From assembly GCA_002269645.1 (NCBI GenBank), contig NIVC01000065.1:313489-377488 (forward strand): a DNA stretch of 64,000 nucleotides. The letters run 5' to 3'. Positions 19,095 through 36,316 of the stretch are shown piece after piece; within the stretch, counting starts at the first letter, position 1, and each line of letters begins with the position of its first letter. Both the position numbers and the translations under genes were made by a program. The notes beneath the pieces were generated by a model. It worked only from the letters and a program-made list of their open reading frames with translations, was not told the DNA's origin and ran no database searches. This stretch comes from Macrostomum lignano. Its lineage: Eukaryota.

Positions 19095-21005
19095 GCCATG
19101 GAATCCTAGCTACTCCCCATTGAGCCATGGAATCCTAGCTACTCCCCATTGAGCCATGGAATCCTAGCTACTCCCCATTGAGCCATGGAATCCTAGCTAC
19201 TCCCCATTGAGCCATGGAATCCTAGCTACTCCCCATTGAGCCATGGAATCCTAGCTACTCCCCATTGAGCCATGGAATCCTAGCTACTCCCCATTGAGCC
19301 ATGGAATCCTAGCTACTCCCCATTGAGCCATGGAATCCTAGCTACTCCCCATTGAGCCATGGAATCCTAGCTACTCCCCATTGAGCCATGGAATCCTAGC
19401 TACTCCCCATTGAGCCATGGAACCCTAGCTACTCCCCATTGAGCCATGGAATCCTAGCTACTCCCCATTGAGCCATGGAATCCTAGCTACTCCCCATTGA
19501 GCCATGGAATCCTAGCTACTCCCCATTGAGCCATGGAATCCTAGCTACTCCCCATTGAGCCATGGAATCCTAGCTACTCCCCATTGAGCCATGGAATCCT
19601 AGCTACTCCCCATTGAGCCATGGAATCCTAGCTACTCCCCATTGAGCCATGGAATCCTAGCTACTCCCCATTGAGCCATGGCAACTCAGCAACTCCCCAT
19701 TGAGCCATGGCAACTCAGCAACTCCCCATTGAGCCATGGCAACTCAGCAACTCCCCATTGAGCCATGGCAACTCAGCAACTCCCCATTGAGCCATGGCAA
19801 CTCAGCAACTCCCCATTGAGCCATGGCAACTCAGCAACTCCCCATTGAGCCATGGCAACTCAGCAACTCCCCATTGAGCCATGGCAACTCAGCAACTCCC
19901 CATTGAGCCATGGCAACTCAGCAACTCCCCATTGAGCCATGGAATCCTAGCTACTCCCCATTGAGCCATGGCAACTCAGCAACTCCCCATTGAGCCATGG
20001 CAACTCAGCAACTCCCCATTGAGCCATGGCAACTCAGCAACTCCCCATTGAGCCAATTGGCAACTCAGCAACTCCCCATTGAGCCAATTGGCATCCCAGT
20101 AACTCCCCGACTGAGCCATTTGGCATCTCAGCAACTCCCCATTGAGCCAATTGGCATCTCAGCAACTCCCCATTGAGCCATGGCAACTCAGCAACTCCCC
20201 ATTGAGCCATGGCAACTCAGCAACTCCCCATTGAGCCAATTGGCATCCCAGTAACTCCCCGACTGAGCCATTTGGCATCTCAGCAACTCCTCCATTGAGC
20301 CAATTGGCATCCCAGCAACTCCCCATTGAGCCAATTGGCATCTCAGCAACTCCCCATTGAGCCAATTGGCATCTCAGCAACTCCCCATTGAGCCAATTGG
20401 CATCCCAGCAACTCCCCATTGAGCCAATTGGTATCTCAGCAACTCCCCATTGAGCCAATTGGCATCCCAGCAACTCCCCATTGAGCCAATTGGCATCTCA
20501 GCAACTCCCCATTGAGCCAATTGGCATCTCAGCAACTCCCCCATTGAGCCAATTGGCATCCCAGCAACTCCCCATTGAGCCAATTGGCATCTCAGCAACT
20601 CCCCATTGAGCCAATTGGCATCCCAGCAACTCCCCATTGAGCCAATTGGTATCTCAGCAACTCCCCATTGAGCCAATTGGCATCCCAGCAACTCCCCATT
20701 GAGCCAATTGGCATCTCAGCAACTCCCCATTGAGCCAATTGGCATCTCAGCAACTCCCCATTGAGCCAACTGGCATCTCAGCCACTCCCCATTGAGCCAA
20801 CTGGCATCTCAGCAACTCCTCATTGAGCCAATTGGCATCTCAGCCACTCCCCATTGAGCCAATTGGCATCTCAGCCACTCCCCATTGAGCCAATTGGCAT
20901 CTCAGCAACTCCCCATTGAGCCAATTGGCATCTCAGCCACTCCCCATTGAGCTAATTGGCATCCCAGCAACTCCCCATTGAGCTAATTGGCATCTCAGCA
21001 ACTCC
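19095..21005. repeat. 29/31-bp minisatellite with three zonal unit types (paralog 3 intron 2)
   Basis: GAGCCATGGAATCCTAGCTACTCCCCATT, then GAGCCATGGCAACTCAGCAACTCCCCATT, then GAGCCAATTGGCATCTCAGCAACTCCCCATT. Confidence 0.95.
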
Positions 21006-21384
21006 CCAACTCTAGACACGTACCGTAGTGCATAGCGTAGACTGCATTCAGATCCAGACCGCCGCACACTTCAGCCGGATTTCCTCTGCAAGTTTGACCG
21101 GAACCGCTGCAATCCGCGTCGCTGACCTGACCGAGAGATCCGTAGGACCAGCCGCAAAAGCAGAAAGCGCTGGCTTGTACGCCGAAGTAGGGGAAGCCGC
21201 CCAGCGAGCAGGCGCTAGCGCACAGGCTCAGCGACATTGCGGAGTTGTCAAAGATGTACTGCGCTCCAGTGTTAGGGTCCACCTACTCAGGACGATGTTA
21301 GTTAATTGATTTAAGGACCAATTTTGTTTGAAAATGCATCATTGAAACAAAAGTAAGTAAGGACTTCTTAAATAGTCCTTGGGC

Positions 21385-22235
21385 ATCATTTGGGGGCGCC
21401 ATTTCATTTGAGTGGGGGGAGCGCCATTTCATTTGATTAGGGAGCGCCATTTCATTTGATTGGGGAGCGCCATTTCAATTGAGTAGGGAGGTCATTTCAT
21501 TTGATTGGGGAGCGCCATTTCATTTGATTGGGGAGCGCCATTTCATTTGATTGGGGAGCGCCATTTCAATTGATTGGGGAGCGCCATTTCATTTGATTGG
21601 GGAGCGCCATTTCAATTGATTGGGGAGCGCCATTTCAATTGAGTGGGGAGCGCCATTTTATTTGAGTAGGGAGGCCATTTTAATTGAGTAGGGTGAGCGC
21701 CATTTCATTTGATTGGAGAGCGCCATTTCACTGGATTAGGGAGCGCCATTTCAATTGAGTAGGGAGGCCATTTTATTTGATTGGGGAGTGCCATTTCAAT
21801 TGAGTAGGGAGGCCATTTTATTTGATTGGGGAGTGCCATTTCAATTGATTGGGGAGCGCCATTTCATTTGATTGGGGAGCGCCATTTCAATTGATTGGGG
21901 AGCGCCATTTCATTTGATTGGGGAGCGCCATTTCATTTGATTGGGGAGCGCCATTTCAATTGATTGGGGAGCGCCATTTCATTTGATTGGGGAGCGCAAT
22001 TTCAATTGATTGGGGAGCGCCATTTCAATTGAGTGGGGAGCGCCATTTTATTTGAGTAGGGAGGCCATTTCATTTGATTGGGGAGCGCCATTTCAATTGA
22101 GTAGGGAGCGCCATTTCTTTTGAAAATGGGCGCCGGCGCAATTTCATTAGAAAAGAGGCGCCATTTCATTTGAGAGGGGCGCCGTTTGATTTGAGAGGGG
22201 GCGCCATTTTATTTGTGAGGTGGCGCCATTTCATT
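21385..22235. repeat. About 23-bp minisatellite (GGGAGCGCCATTTCATTTGATTG), paralog 3 intron 1
   Basis: Direct reading. Confidence 0.93.
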
Positions 22236-24036
22236 TCTCTTTCTGGGCACCGGCACTAAAAATCGTGTGCTTTTGTCAGTCGATTAGGGGGCCACATTCT
22301 ACTTAGCATTGGTCTACAAAACAGCATGAAAAGTGTAACAGAGACTTGCTGGAAAACTGCCCAGCTGGGAGATGCCGCCTAAGCCAGTGATGTCTCTGTT
22401 AGACCCGCTGTCCGTGTAGCAGCCAACGTAGCTATAGGTGAAGCTGGGGTAGCTGTGGACCCCGGATGTGCCCAGCATCGCTGCGAGAGCAATCGATAGC
22501 CAGAGTGATGGCAGTGGATTCCGCATTGTCTCTGTGGAATACACGGATGGGCGGGCGGGCGGGGGACATGCGGATGGAATCGATGCAGGGTCATAAACTG
22601 AGCTTCAGTTTTTCACGTCGCATATCTAGCCAGCTAAAAGTTTATGTAGCATTTTGCTGTGGTAGTTTAGACTGCTAGCTGGCTTCTATTTTTTGTCTAA
22701 TTTTTTATCATTGAATGCAATAAGTATTGAGCGCAATGGACGAATGTTTTGCTATTCTTAAACAAAATTTGATTTTTAAAACTTTAATGTTAAAACCTAC
22801 ATGTACATGTAGCTTGAATGTGCAGCCTGCAGGCGGCGAGATACTGGATTGACAGTTTGTTGAAGTATACGTGACCTGATTCTATGTTTGCTGCTTTGAT
22901 GAAAAAAAACTCTGTTAACATTGAAAGCCCACAGTCTAAACTAGATCGCAAAAGGCTGTACAAATGCTAGAGTTTCACTGAAAGCTTTTTCATTACCTAT
23001 AACGATTTCACTGAGTATTAATGCTTGTTTTTACCATAGAAGCGTACGGCAACATTATGTGGCGTTGGTAACAACAAAAAAACGTTCCTGCACTCAAAAA
23101 GCCGTGTGTGTCATCTCTCCATTGTCTACGGTAAAGCACCAAATTTCCTCAGCTGTATTAGCCTAGCTAATTAGTGTAAATAAACAAATAAGTAATAAAG
23201 CACTTACTTTTATTATAATTGATTTCAAAATTTGAATCGAATTTTTCTGTTGCGGGATCGGGACAGTGGGTTAGTCTGTGTTATTAAATGCCGTTAACTG
23301 TAGTAGGGTCTCAAGCGCAAGGTTTATATTAATAATAAATCCAATAGATTGATTTGGATTGGTCTGCGTTGGATGTGAGAGAGTGGCTACTGAGGCAGAC
23401 AGGGAGGTAATAGAGGTAGATGCGTTACCAACGGATACAAAACTCGTCTTAGTTAAAAACACACACGCGATGAGAGCCATTGTCGCCCACCTCAAAACGC
23501 GCGGGACATTGTTGAATGATTGAATAGGCTATAAGTTGGATTGGGTCTACGCTAATTAGCCACAGATAGGCTGTAATTTGCCTGCTGTAGTAAAAAATGC
23601 TCTAAAAAGCAGCTAAACCGTGTTGGGAATCGATTAGTTTAACAGTTTGACTGTACATTGCATGATGACCACGGCGGATAGGGGGACGGCTGTAGCTATT
23701 GTGCCAAAAACTGAGAAAATTTTTATTGATTTGTCCTTGTCACGACACTCAAATGCAATGAAAGCACAAGATTTTAATGGTTCGTGTGTTGTCTTCGCAT
23801 TCAAATGTCTATGGCCTAACTCAACCTTATAGACACGGACTTAGCGGCGTTTCCTCCCTGCAACGCTGTCACTCTCCAGATCTTCTTTACTTGGGTGTTC
23901 GTTAGGCTTCGATCCTGCATTTGCTTTTATACCTTTTTGCGATCTAGTTTGCCAAAACTGCTATCAATTTTGCCCGCGGAAAAATATCACTTATAATTTT
24001 GCTGTCTAGGCCAAGTCTGCTCAGTCATGACCAGAG

Positions 24037-24731
24037 CAAGGACGACTTAAGTAGGACGGGAAACCTCGTTTCTTAGAAAATTTTTGAAGGCACTTTTTTC
24101 CGAAAAAATACACTACGGAGATAGGAAGTTTTCATTTTTTCAGCACAAAAATTGTTATTGCGTTTGATAGGAGGCAGATCCAGTGTTCATCTTTTGATAT
24201 GTTGTGCCTTTTTTATTGCTCTATCGATATTTATAAGGCTTTTCGTTCAGAAAATTAGCTTTCTATGTTAATTTTTTATTCTACGTATATTTCCTGTACC
24301 TGAAAATCACAATAATGCATGACACAGCTCCAATATTTGGTTTTATGAATCTATTTTATCATCTCTGTTACGAATATTTGCTACACAGTCAGTTAAGAAT
24401 GACAAAATAGACTCATGAAACCAAAGAGCCGAGCCGTGGCAGTCTAATGTATTTCAAGCACAAGACGCGTGAAAATATACGTAAAATAAAAAATTAACAT
24501 AGAAATCTAATTTTCTGAACGGAAAGCTTTATAAATATCGATAGAGCAATAAAAAAGGCACAACATATCAAAACATGAACACTGGATCTGCCTCCTATCA
24601 GAAGTAATAGCAATTTTTGTGCTGAAGAAATGAAAATTTCCTATCTCCGCAGTGTATTTTTTCGGGAAAAAGTGCCTTCAAAAATTTTCTAAGAAACGAG
24701 GTTTCCCGTCCTTCTACTTAAGTCGTCCTTG
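24037..24731. mobile_element. Foldback MITE, about 260-bp arms, CAAGG...CCTTG termini, 8-bp TSD (P/hAT-type)
   Basis: Arms about 24037-24296 and 24472-24731 are inverted copies; GACCAGAG at 24029-24036 and 24732-24739. Confidence 0.88.
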
Positions 24732-25554
24732 GACCAGAGTTTCAGCCACGGACAACTCCTTGAAAACTGCAATTAATTTTGCCAAAACTGCGAAAAAGGT
24801 ATACTTTACCGTCTTGCTTTGCATGTCCTGTCTCTGTCCACCAGACTGAAACCAAATTGACTTTTGTTGTCTATGGCTTTTTATGGTTTGTCTGTGTAAA
24901 ATCTCTGCCATTGCTGACGGCCTTGCGCACCAGTTTGAATGAAGTAAAAGCTAAATAGGACGCAAAAAGGTACAACTCAACAGTTCGCGAACTTGAGCTA
25001 CGAGCTATTTGTATCATGAAATTCCAGGTTTGGTGCGCGGACTATGCTTGTACTTCAGTAGAATAGCGCAACGCGTGCAATGTTTTGCAGTCTTGCATGC
25101 TATGTAGCATGTGGCACACAATTTTCTTTATAGGAGCCGTAACAAGTTTATATGTGCTTTTCGGAGAAACCCATCGCAAGCACAACCGATAGAGGCGTTT
25201 TGAGGCGACAATACAATTGACTTTATGGAAAAAGTTTTGATTTCTGGGAATTGGGGAGTATGTTATGTCAGAGGACGGTCCACGGGTCACATGCAGCCCG
25301 CCAAGCCTCTCTATCCGGCCTTCGGGTTTTTTGAAGCTTCACAGTGGCGATCCGGCCCGCTTAAGGTTTGTGTCTCTTCTCAGCTCTCTTCTCTCTAATC
25401 TCCTCTCCCTTCTCTCTTCTACTCTACTCCCATTCCTCTCCTCTGGACCACAGTCATGCGCTAGATTGTCCATCTGGCTCTTGAGGTAAAAAGTTTGTGA
25501 ACACCACCTGTGTTACAAATTGGCTGAGCCCACGGGGCGCCCACAGAGACGATG

Positions 25555-25790
25555 TGAGCACAGAGGGTGGGAGCACAGAGGGTGGGAGCACAGAGGTGAG
25601 AGCAGAGAGGTGAGAGGGTGAGAACTGAGAGGTGAGAGAAGAGAGGCGAGAGTAGAGAGGTGAGAGCAGAGAGGTGAGAGCAGAGAGGTGAGAGCAGAGA
25701 GGTGAGAGCAGAGAGGTGAGAGCAGAGAGGTGAGAGCAGAGAGCAGAGAGGTGAGAGCAGAGAAGGTGAGAGGGTGAGAGCAGAGAGGGT
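25555..25790. repeat. 14-bp purine-rich minisatellite (GAGAGCAGAGAGGT)
   Basis: Direct reading. Confidence 0.9.
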
Positions 25791-26880
25791 AAAGTCAAAT
25801 CAGATACTTCTAAAATAATGGTGCAGAATTGATAAATTTATAATACCAAAGCTGGTATCTTGGTGGTTTCTAGTGAGCTTTGAGAAAGAAAACCGTGAAT
25901 ATCTTGAACTAGCCTAATTACAAGTTTGTAAATAATATTAAACACACAATTGTATTAAAACTAAATGCTGATAAACAACTTATTATTCCTTAATAATTGT
26001 ACAGGAAAATGGTGCATATTTAAGGTTGTACTCTAGTGAGAATTTTGCGGTACAGTATACGCTACAGACCCTTAAACAATGACTCATTTATTTTTCATAG
26101 CTAAACGCAATGCAAAGAACCCAATTGCGCCAGTAGTTGATACATAATTCAATAGTGGAATTTTCTTTTCTAAATGCCTTCTATTTGAATCCAACCCGCT
26201 CTCGCCGAAGAGGCTGTTGAAAAAAAATAGCTGGTGAAAAGAAGCACACAGGTCTTTAAAACAGGCGATGGCAATCCAAAACTTCTTGGCAATCCATATT
26301 TCCATCCCTTCCACCCACGTAAGTCTCGAGACAGAATCCACTGCTCCCCCCCCCCAGGAGACGCTGTGAGTTGAAAACAACTTCCATAATTTTTTTAAAA
26401 CGCGAAAATTTCACAGAAACAGAGCGCTGCACGCATGGGGCACTGAAGCGTGCTACGCATGCAGAGTCGGTCTCAACCCCCCACCCCACCTCTTAAACCC
26501 ACGCAGCTGCATACGACAATTAAGACACAATAGGAAGCCAATACTGCAGCTGCAGGCAGTCACGCTGGCAGATGGCGGGGAGAGGAGGCTTAAGAAGAGG
26601 AAAACAAAAAACATTGCCATAGTTACACTAACCCGCCTCTCTCTAGCAGGGGTGAGCTGTAGAAACTTGTTTACAACAATCGTTAAGTCTGAGGATTTGA
26701 ATATTAGCTACACGCAAGCACCTGGTAAGGCCAATCACATTGCGATGATGTCTCGATTCTCAGCTGCATCATTAACTCGGGTAGTAAAAAATCACCCGTG
26801 TGAATTGGATTAGTTGGATAATCAATTGGATTATCTATCTAATTCTAAGAAATCTCATGGGAGAGTCACTAGCACGCATG

Positions 26881-27064
26881 TCTCTTTATTAGACACTTTA
26901 AGCGACACTATCACACAACCGGATAGAGGCATTACTGCCCATTCCGCCGACTCCCCTGAGCAGGCATACACTCACACTGCAATTGCACGAGCAGAGCCAA
27001 GCTGAGATTCCAATTTAGCCTCAAATTAGCACTTGGGTTCAAGACTGGGTCGCTGGACTACGGC
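26881..27064 (-). mobile_element. Internally deleted second copy of the tRNA-derived SINE
   Basis: Reverse complement matches head (GCCGTAGTCCAGCG), body (TTGGAATCTCAGCTTGGCTCTGCTC; TGTATGCCTGCTCAGGGGAGTCGGCGGAATGGGCAG) and tail (CTAATAAA) of 16333-16698. Confidence 0.78.
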
Positions 27065-27443
27065 ACAACTAACTCCATAGATTAGCTGTTGCAAGGTAAA
27101 AAAACACCAGACACCAGGCTAAGGGCTAAATTTAGTTTTTCATCAATTTAGTTCCCCGTCTCGCATGCAGAAGCATTGAAACCTACCTAAGCCGAAATCT
27201 GTCAATCAACATTTTTGTAACGAAAAAAGCATCGCACTAAAAAACGGACTGCAGACAGCTGTGTACAGTTTACTCAGCAAATGCGTCAGACAATAGTAAA
27301 ACGAAAATTTTCGAGTTGAATTTTTTAAAAAAGAATTTTTGGAAACGAAGCTTTAGTAAAAACAGTTGTTGTTTCAGATGAACCCGAGAGATTTTGCATG
27401 TAGAAAAGTGCTTTTGAGGGCACTGGAAAAACAACAAGTTCTA

Positions 27444-28445
<1,002 letters not shown>

Positions 28446-28875
28446 CTATTCCTCCTATTGTAATATATTTTTGGTGACCTGACAGCCATGAATCGAAATG
28501 GTTGTGTATTAAGCACTTAGCACGGCTAATGTAAAATATACAGGATATATTTATACACACACAAGCAGGCATTTTAATGCGCTTGGTAAGGTTAGGAGAA
28601 GTTATATAGAAGCAATATATTGTGTTTACAGCTAAGCGCTGAATATAATAAATAATCTTAAAAATAAAACTGGCTACTAATAGTAGTGCAGCGGATTATA
28701 CATGTAAAGAAAAAATACAGATTTGGACAGTTTTTTAGCCAATCAGACAATTTTCGGAGATAAATGAAGATTTGCACAAATATTTTTGAAGAGTTAGGAG
28801 GGCCAGCGGATTGCAAATCTATTTAGAGAATGAAAGTTCGCTTTTACAAGTGGCTTATTTCTTTTTTGTTTTACG

Positions 28876-29302
28876 CACAGATACTAGAATAACTAGATGG
28901 GCCACTCTGCAAATTTGCATGTAAGCTACTTTCAGTTCAGTAGTAAGTTAGGCCGAAGCATTTTAATTCATTTTTAAAGCCACGGCTCATTTATTGGCTC
29001 TTACCCCCGCGCTTTTCCACACTACCCCCCGCCCCGCCCCAAGTTTTATTGCCTTTCTCGGAATTCCAGTCTAAGCTGCCATGTACATTTCAGTGGACTG
29101 GTCAATGTACATTATTGCTGAACCAATTAGCAAGTTGTTTACGCCTGCAAGCTTTGGGCTTCTAAACTTATTAGTCGTTTCAGCTGCCTTTATTTTTATA
29201 AAATAGCTTATGTATTCTTCTTTGCTACTGAACTGAAAATAGAAAGCAGTTTTACTAAGTACCTATGCCTGAGTGGCCCATCTAGTTATTTTAGTATCTG
29301 TG
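28876..29302. mobile_element. MITE family A copy 1 (32-bp TIR, CACAG...CTGTG termini)
   Basis: CACAGATACTAGAATAACTAGATGGGCCACTC inverted at 29271-29302 with 1 mismatch; subterminal IR CTTTCAGTTCAGTAG; homolog at 60890-61327; no TSD seen. Confidence 0.78.
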
Positions 29303-29624
29303 GTTTTACCCAGAAGGCTCGTATCGTCGCATTGTGGAATCAAATAAAAAAATGGCACACACGCACAAGTAGTACAGTGATTACAATGGCATGCATTGGT
29401 GCCATATGGTGCTAAAGAGAAAAAAATGTTAAGAATAGCAAAGTGCGGCATATTTTTCAGACGCTAATAACAGAAAAAATTACAAACGTAAAAACGTAAG
29501 AAAAAATGGAGCAAGACAAATAAAGCGGTAGAGATCTCTAGCCGGCTTATGCGGCTGGGGCTGGCTTCAAATGCGCGCGGTGTTTGTTTACTTTGCGACT
29601 TTGCCCTAAATGTATGCAATCTAG

Positions 29625-30345
29625 AAATTCACAGATCTTAAATCTGGAAATTCACAGATCCCAAATCTGGAAATTCACAGATCCCAAAGCTGGAAATTCA
29701 CAGATCCCTAATCTGGAAATTCACAGATCCCTAATCTGGAAATTCACAGATCCCAAATCTGGAAATTCACAGATCTTAAATCCTGAAAATTCATAGATCT
29801 TAAATCCTGAAAATTCACAGATCCCTAATCTGGAAATTCACAGATCCCAAATCTGGAAAATTCACAGATCTTAAATCCTGAAAATTCATAGATCTTAAAT
29901 CTTGAAAATTCACTGATCTTTAATCCGGAAATTCACAGATCTTAAAGCCGGAAATTCACGGATCTTTAATCTGGAAATTCACAGATCCTAAATCTAGAAA
30001 CTCACAGATCCCATAATCTAGGTATCTCAAATCCCTAATCTAGGTATCTCAAATCCCTAATCTAGGTATCTCAAATCCCTAATCTAGGTATCTCAAATCC
30101 CTAATCTAGGTATCTCAAATCCCTAATCTAGGTATCTCAAATCCCTAATCTAGGTATCTCAAATCCCTAATCTAGGTATCTCAAATCCCTAATCTAGGTA
30201 TCTCAAATCCCTAATCTAGGTATCTCAAATCCCTAATCTATGGTATCTCAGATCCCTTAATCTGGGTATCTCAGAGGATCCCTAATCTAGGTATCTCAAA
30301 TCCCTAATCTAGGTATCTCAGATCCCTAATCACCTAGATCCCTAA
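29625..30345. repeat. 22/23-bp minisatellite downstream of fzr (CTGGAAATTCACAGATCCCTAAT shifting to CTAGGTATCTCAAATCCCTAAT)
   Basis: Direct reading. Confidence 0.92.
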
Positions 30346-30424
30346 TCCAGGAAATACCCAGTGGCTCACAGCGCAAAGTAAAAGAACACAATAATAATGT
30401 GAATTAGGCTTCAGTTAGATACCA

Positions 30425-34798
<4,374 letters not shown>

Positions 34799-36316
34799 TT
34801 ATAGCAATAGAGCGAGACTAAAGTTATTACTGTGCTGGCAACTGCTGCAGGTCTGCGTTTGAATGGTTTGGTCGCATTAACGTTTTTTGATTTTATTATT
34901 ATTTGTAGTAGTATTAGTAGCACTAGTAGTAGTTGTAGTAGTAGTAGTTGTAGTTGTAGTTAAATGGCTAGTCTATGATAAAGAAATATTCAATCAAAAA
35001 AGCTTGTTTAAAATTTCCTATAACATTCTAGAGAAAGCAAAAACTAACTTTTTAATCATAGAACTAAAAGTAATGTTGGTATTAAAAATTATTTTTTTGA
35101 AACTCTGGCATTCTTTTGTTAGATCTGATCCCTGAGCAGGTCAAGTTTGGTTTTACAATCCCATTAAAAAGAGTCAAAAAGGCACTCCACTACAAGTATA
35201 TCAAAATATAACATTTCACATTTGTTACATTTTACCAACTTTTCAAAGTCCCTTCAAATCATTACTGAAAGGCATTGAAATTTAGTATAGAAAGTTATGG
35301 AAGTGTAGCTTCCATAAATGGTGAAATATGTAGGTGATCATAAAATGAAACCAAAAAGAGTGTATAGGCTTTGAATTATAATCAAACTAATAGTAGAATT
35401 GTATTAGAGGGATTGTATCATAAAATTAAATGCCAGGTTGTGGATTGTATAGTAGTGTATGCCAGAATAAGAATCCTAGTAGCTCATCTAAATGTATGCC
35501 AGTGTAAGCCTAAAACAAAAAATCCTAAAATGTATGCCAAAAATTCATCCTAAAAAGGTCATTCAATTTTTACAAGAGTTTTTTAAGAAGTAAGCTTTTG
35601 TACAAAAAGTTTTTTTTAATATTACGAATATTTTCATTTTTAAAAAAACTTAAATTATACTAGGCCTAACAGAAATATTGATACAAAATTGATGCTCTTA
35701 GCAATAATTTATATTTATTTATTGTTACTTTAAAGAAGCAAAAAGTTTATCATGGACCTTCGAGACTATACAAATTTTCCTTTATTTTACAGTAAAAACA
35801 TTAATTTACATTACAATTTTCATGCATGGCATAAATTTATTCAGCAAATTTGTATGCCAAAAATATATATGTGGTTGTCTTACTTATATATGCCAATAGT
35901 ATATGCCAACAAAGTGTGCCAAGGGTTGTATATACCGGTTATATACACCAAGGACTTAGGGTTGACATTTTGTACACTGGAAAGGTTTTGGCATATATGT
36001 AAACTATCCACAACCTAGATTGAATGGAATATGGCCTAGTATGGTCTTAAAGTTGCAGTTTGATTGTGTTCATTTGGTGGAGACAGAGTCCCAGTCTATG
36101 TCAAATACTACACCTTTATCAATGATTTGCAGGGTTCAGAACAAACTTATTTATTATGGATGGTAAGCTTCTATACCTCCCTCACTTTTGTCTAACAATC
36201 CTATCCTAAATATAAAACATGAGGCTCATTCCATATAAGCATAGCCATAACATTACAGTTACAGGCTATTTTTACTTAAAAAATGAAATATAATAATAGA
36301 ATATACTAAAATAATT

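Larger units (their letters stand above)
18796..22526 (-). pseudogene. WSC-PAN paralog 3; exons 22526-22350, 21282-21024, 19052-18796; GC-AG intron 1; TGA early in the PAN exon (either a pseudogene or a WSC-only truncated protein)
   Basis: MRNPLPSLWLSIALAAMLG...YVGCYTDSGSNRDITGLGGISQLGSFP|gcaagt; WSC exon LCASACSLGGFPYFGVQASAFCFCG...VCGG; PAN exon GCKIFRLEAS*PQL...DNCILKCHSSASSNCQAVIFQQQARLC. TGA at 19017-19015 aligns with CGA in paralog 2. Confidence 0.85.

Noticed and set aside
23271-23495. 74-aa ORF with a hydrophobic N-terminus as a fourth paralog start
   Set aside because: Lacks the YxGC(F/Y)xD motif and downstream WSC exons
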